DNA from: Chiloscyllium plagiosum
Lineage: Eukaryota
NCBI RefSeq assembly: GCF_004010195.1
Contig: NC_057719.1
Coordinates: 61,023,365-61,087,364, forward strand
DNA length: 64,000 nucleotides
Reading direction: 5' to 3'
Part shown: positions 63,320-64,000 of the stretch, in pieces
How the letters are laid out: each line of letters starts with the position of its first letter
Numbering within the stretch: the first letter of the stretch is position 1
Made by a program: the position numbers and the translations under genes
The notes under the pieces: model-generated
The model's database searches: none
What the model was told of the DNA's origin: nothing
What the model saw: the letters and a program-made list of their open reading frames with translations, nothing else

Positions 63320-64000
63320 ATTTACAAGGAAATGGCCTAAGATTCTCTATAGGTTCTGGAATAGTTCATACAGATTAGATGGTGGCGAATGTAACCCCTC
63401 CATTTATAAATGTTAGACGGAAAACTGGGATTATTGACCAGTGAAGTCAGCTGACATCAGCAGTGGGGAAAATGCTCAAATCTGTTAAAAAAGGTTTAAC
63501 AGCAGAGCACTATAAAAACAGTGTTGAAGAGTGTGACATTGGAAAAGCACAACAGGTCAGGCAGCATCCAAGGAGCAGGAGAGTCGATGTTTTGGGCATT
63601 TGCCCTTGCTTATGCCTGAAACATTGACTCTCATGCTCCTCAGATGCTACCTGACCTGCTGTGCTTTTCCAATGCCACTTTTCGACTCTGACTCTCCAGC
63701 ATCTGCAGTCCTCACTTTGTCCTAGTCACTATAAAAACAGTGACAGGATCGTAAGCATGGATTTACAAAAGGGAATTCATGCTTCACAAATTTGCTGGAA
63801 TCACTGACGATATAATTCACAGAGTTGATGAGGGTGAACCATTGGATGTGGTATATTTGTACTTTCAGAAGGCTTTGACAAAGTCCCACATAAGAGATTA
63901 TCATTTAAAATTAAAGTGGGCTTAGTATATTGAAATGGATAGAAAAACTAGTGGGTAGAGAGGAAACAAAGAAAGAAATAAAAAGAATCTTTGCCAAATG
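63320..64000 (+). mobile_element. Decayed CR1 RT fragment running off the window
   Basis: HGFTKGNSCFTNLLE...DEGEPLDVVYLYFQKALTK remnants similar to 1980-2120. Confidence 0.8.
63524..63726. mobile_element. Penelope-terminus-derived hairpin insertion
   Basis: Inverted arms. 16-bp duplication CACTATAAAAACAGTG at 63508-63523 and 63727-63742. Confidence 0.85.

Overview
Eukaryotic (vertebrate) DNA, not prokaryotic. The repeat repertoire (CR1, Penelope-like, Rex1/Babar, Tx1, Gypsy, DeuSINE-like) suggests a cartilaginous fish, which is an inference. The only host coding sequence I can support is one 245-bp internal exon on the minus strand (13224-13468) encoding the bHLH domain of NPAS3, so most or all of the window is NPAS3 intron filled with decayed, nested retroelements. 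The most unusual structures are two composite elements, 7782-10783 (3.0 kb) and 28597-39788 (11.2 kb). Each starts TG, ends CA and has a perfect 5-bp target-site duplication (GTTAC; AAAAT). Their outer ends resemble the two halves of a single ~220-bp Gypsy LTR, and a related intact LTR sits at 60109-60332. Their interiors are head-to-tail arrays of a palindromic LTR core (TATAACCAGGAGATTAGAATCTCCTCAGTT...) alternating with A-tailed, 5'-truncated non-coding payloads. This pattern suggests solo LTRs used repeatedly as landing pads by a sequence-specific, target-regenerating retroelement (hypothesis). Penelope-derived hairpin insertions with long TSDs and minimal hammerhead-ribozyme motifs are also visible. 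Repeat boundaries were read by eye and are approximate unless a TSD is quoted.
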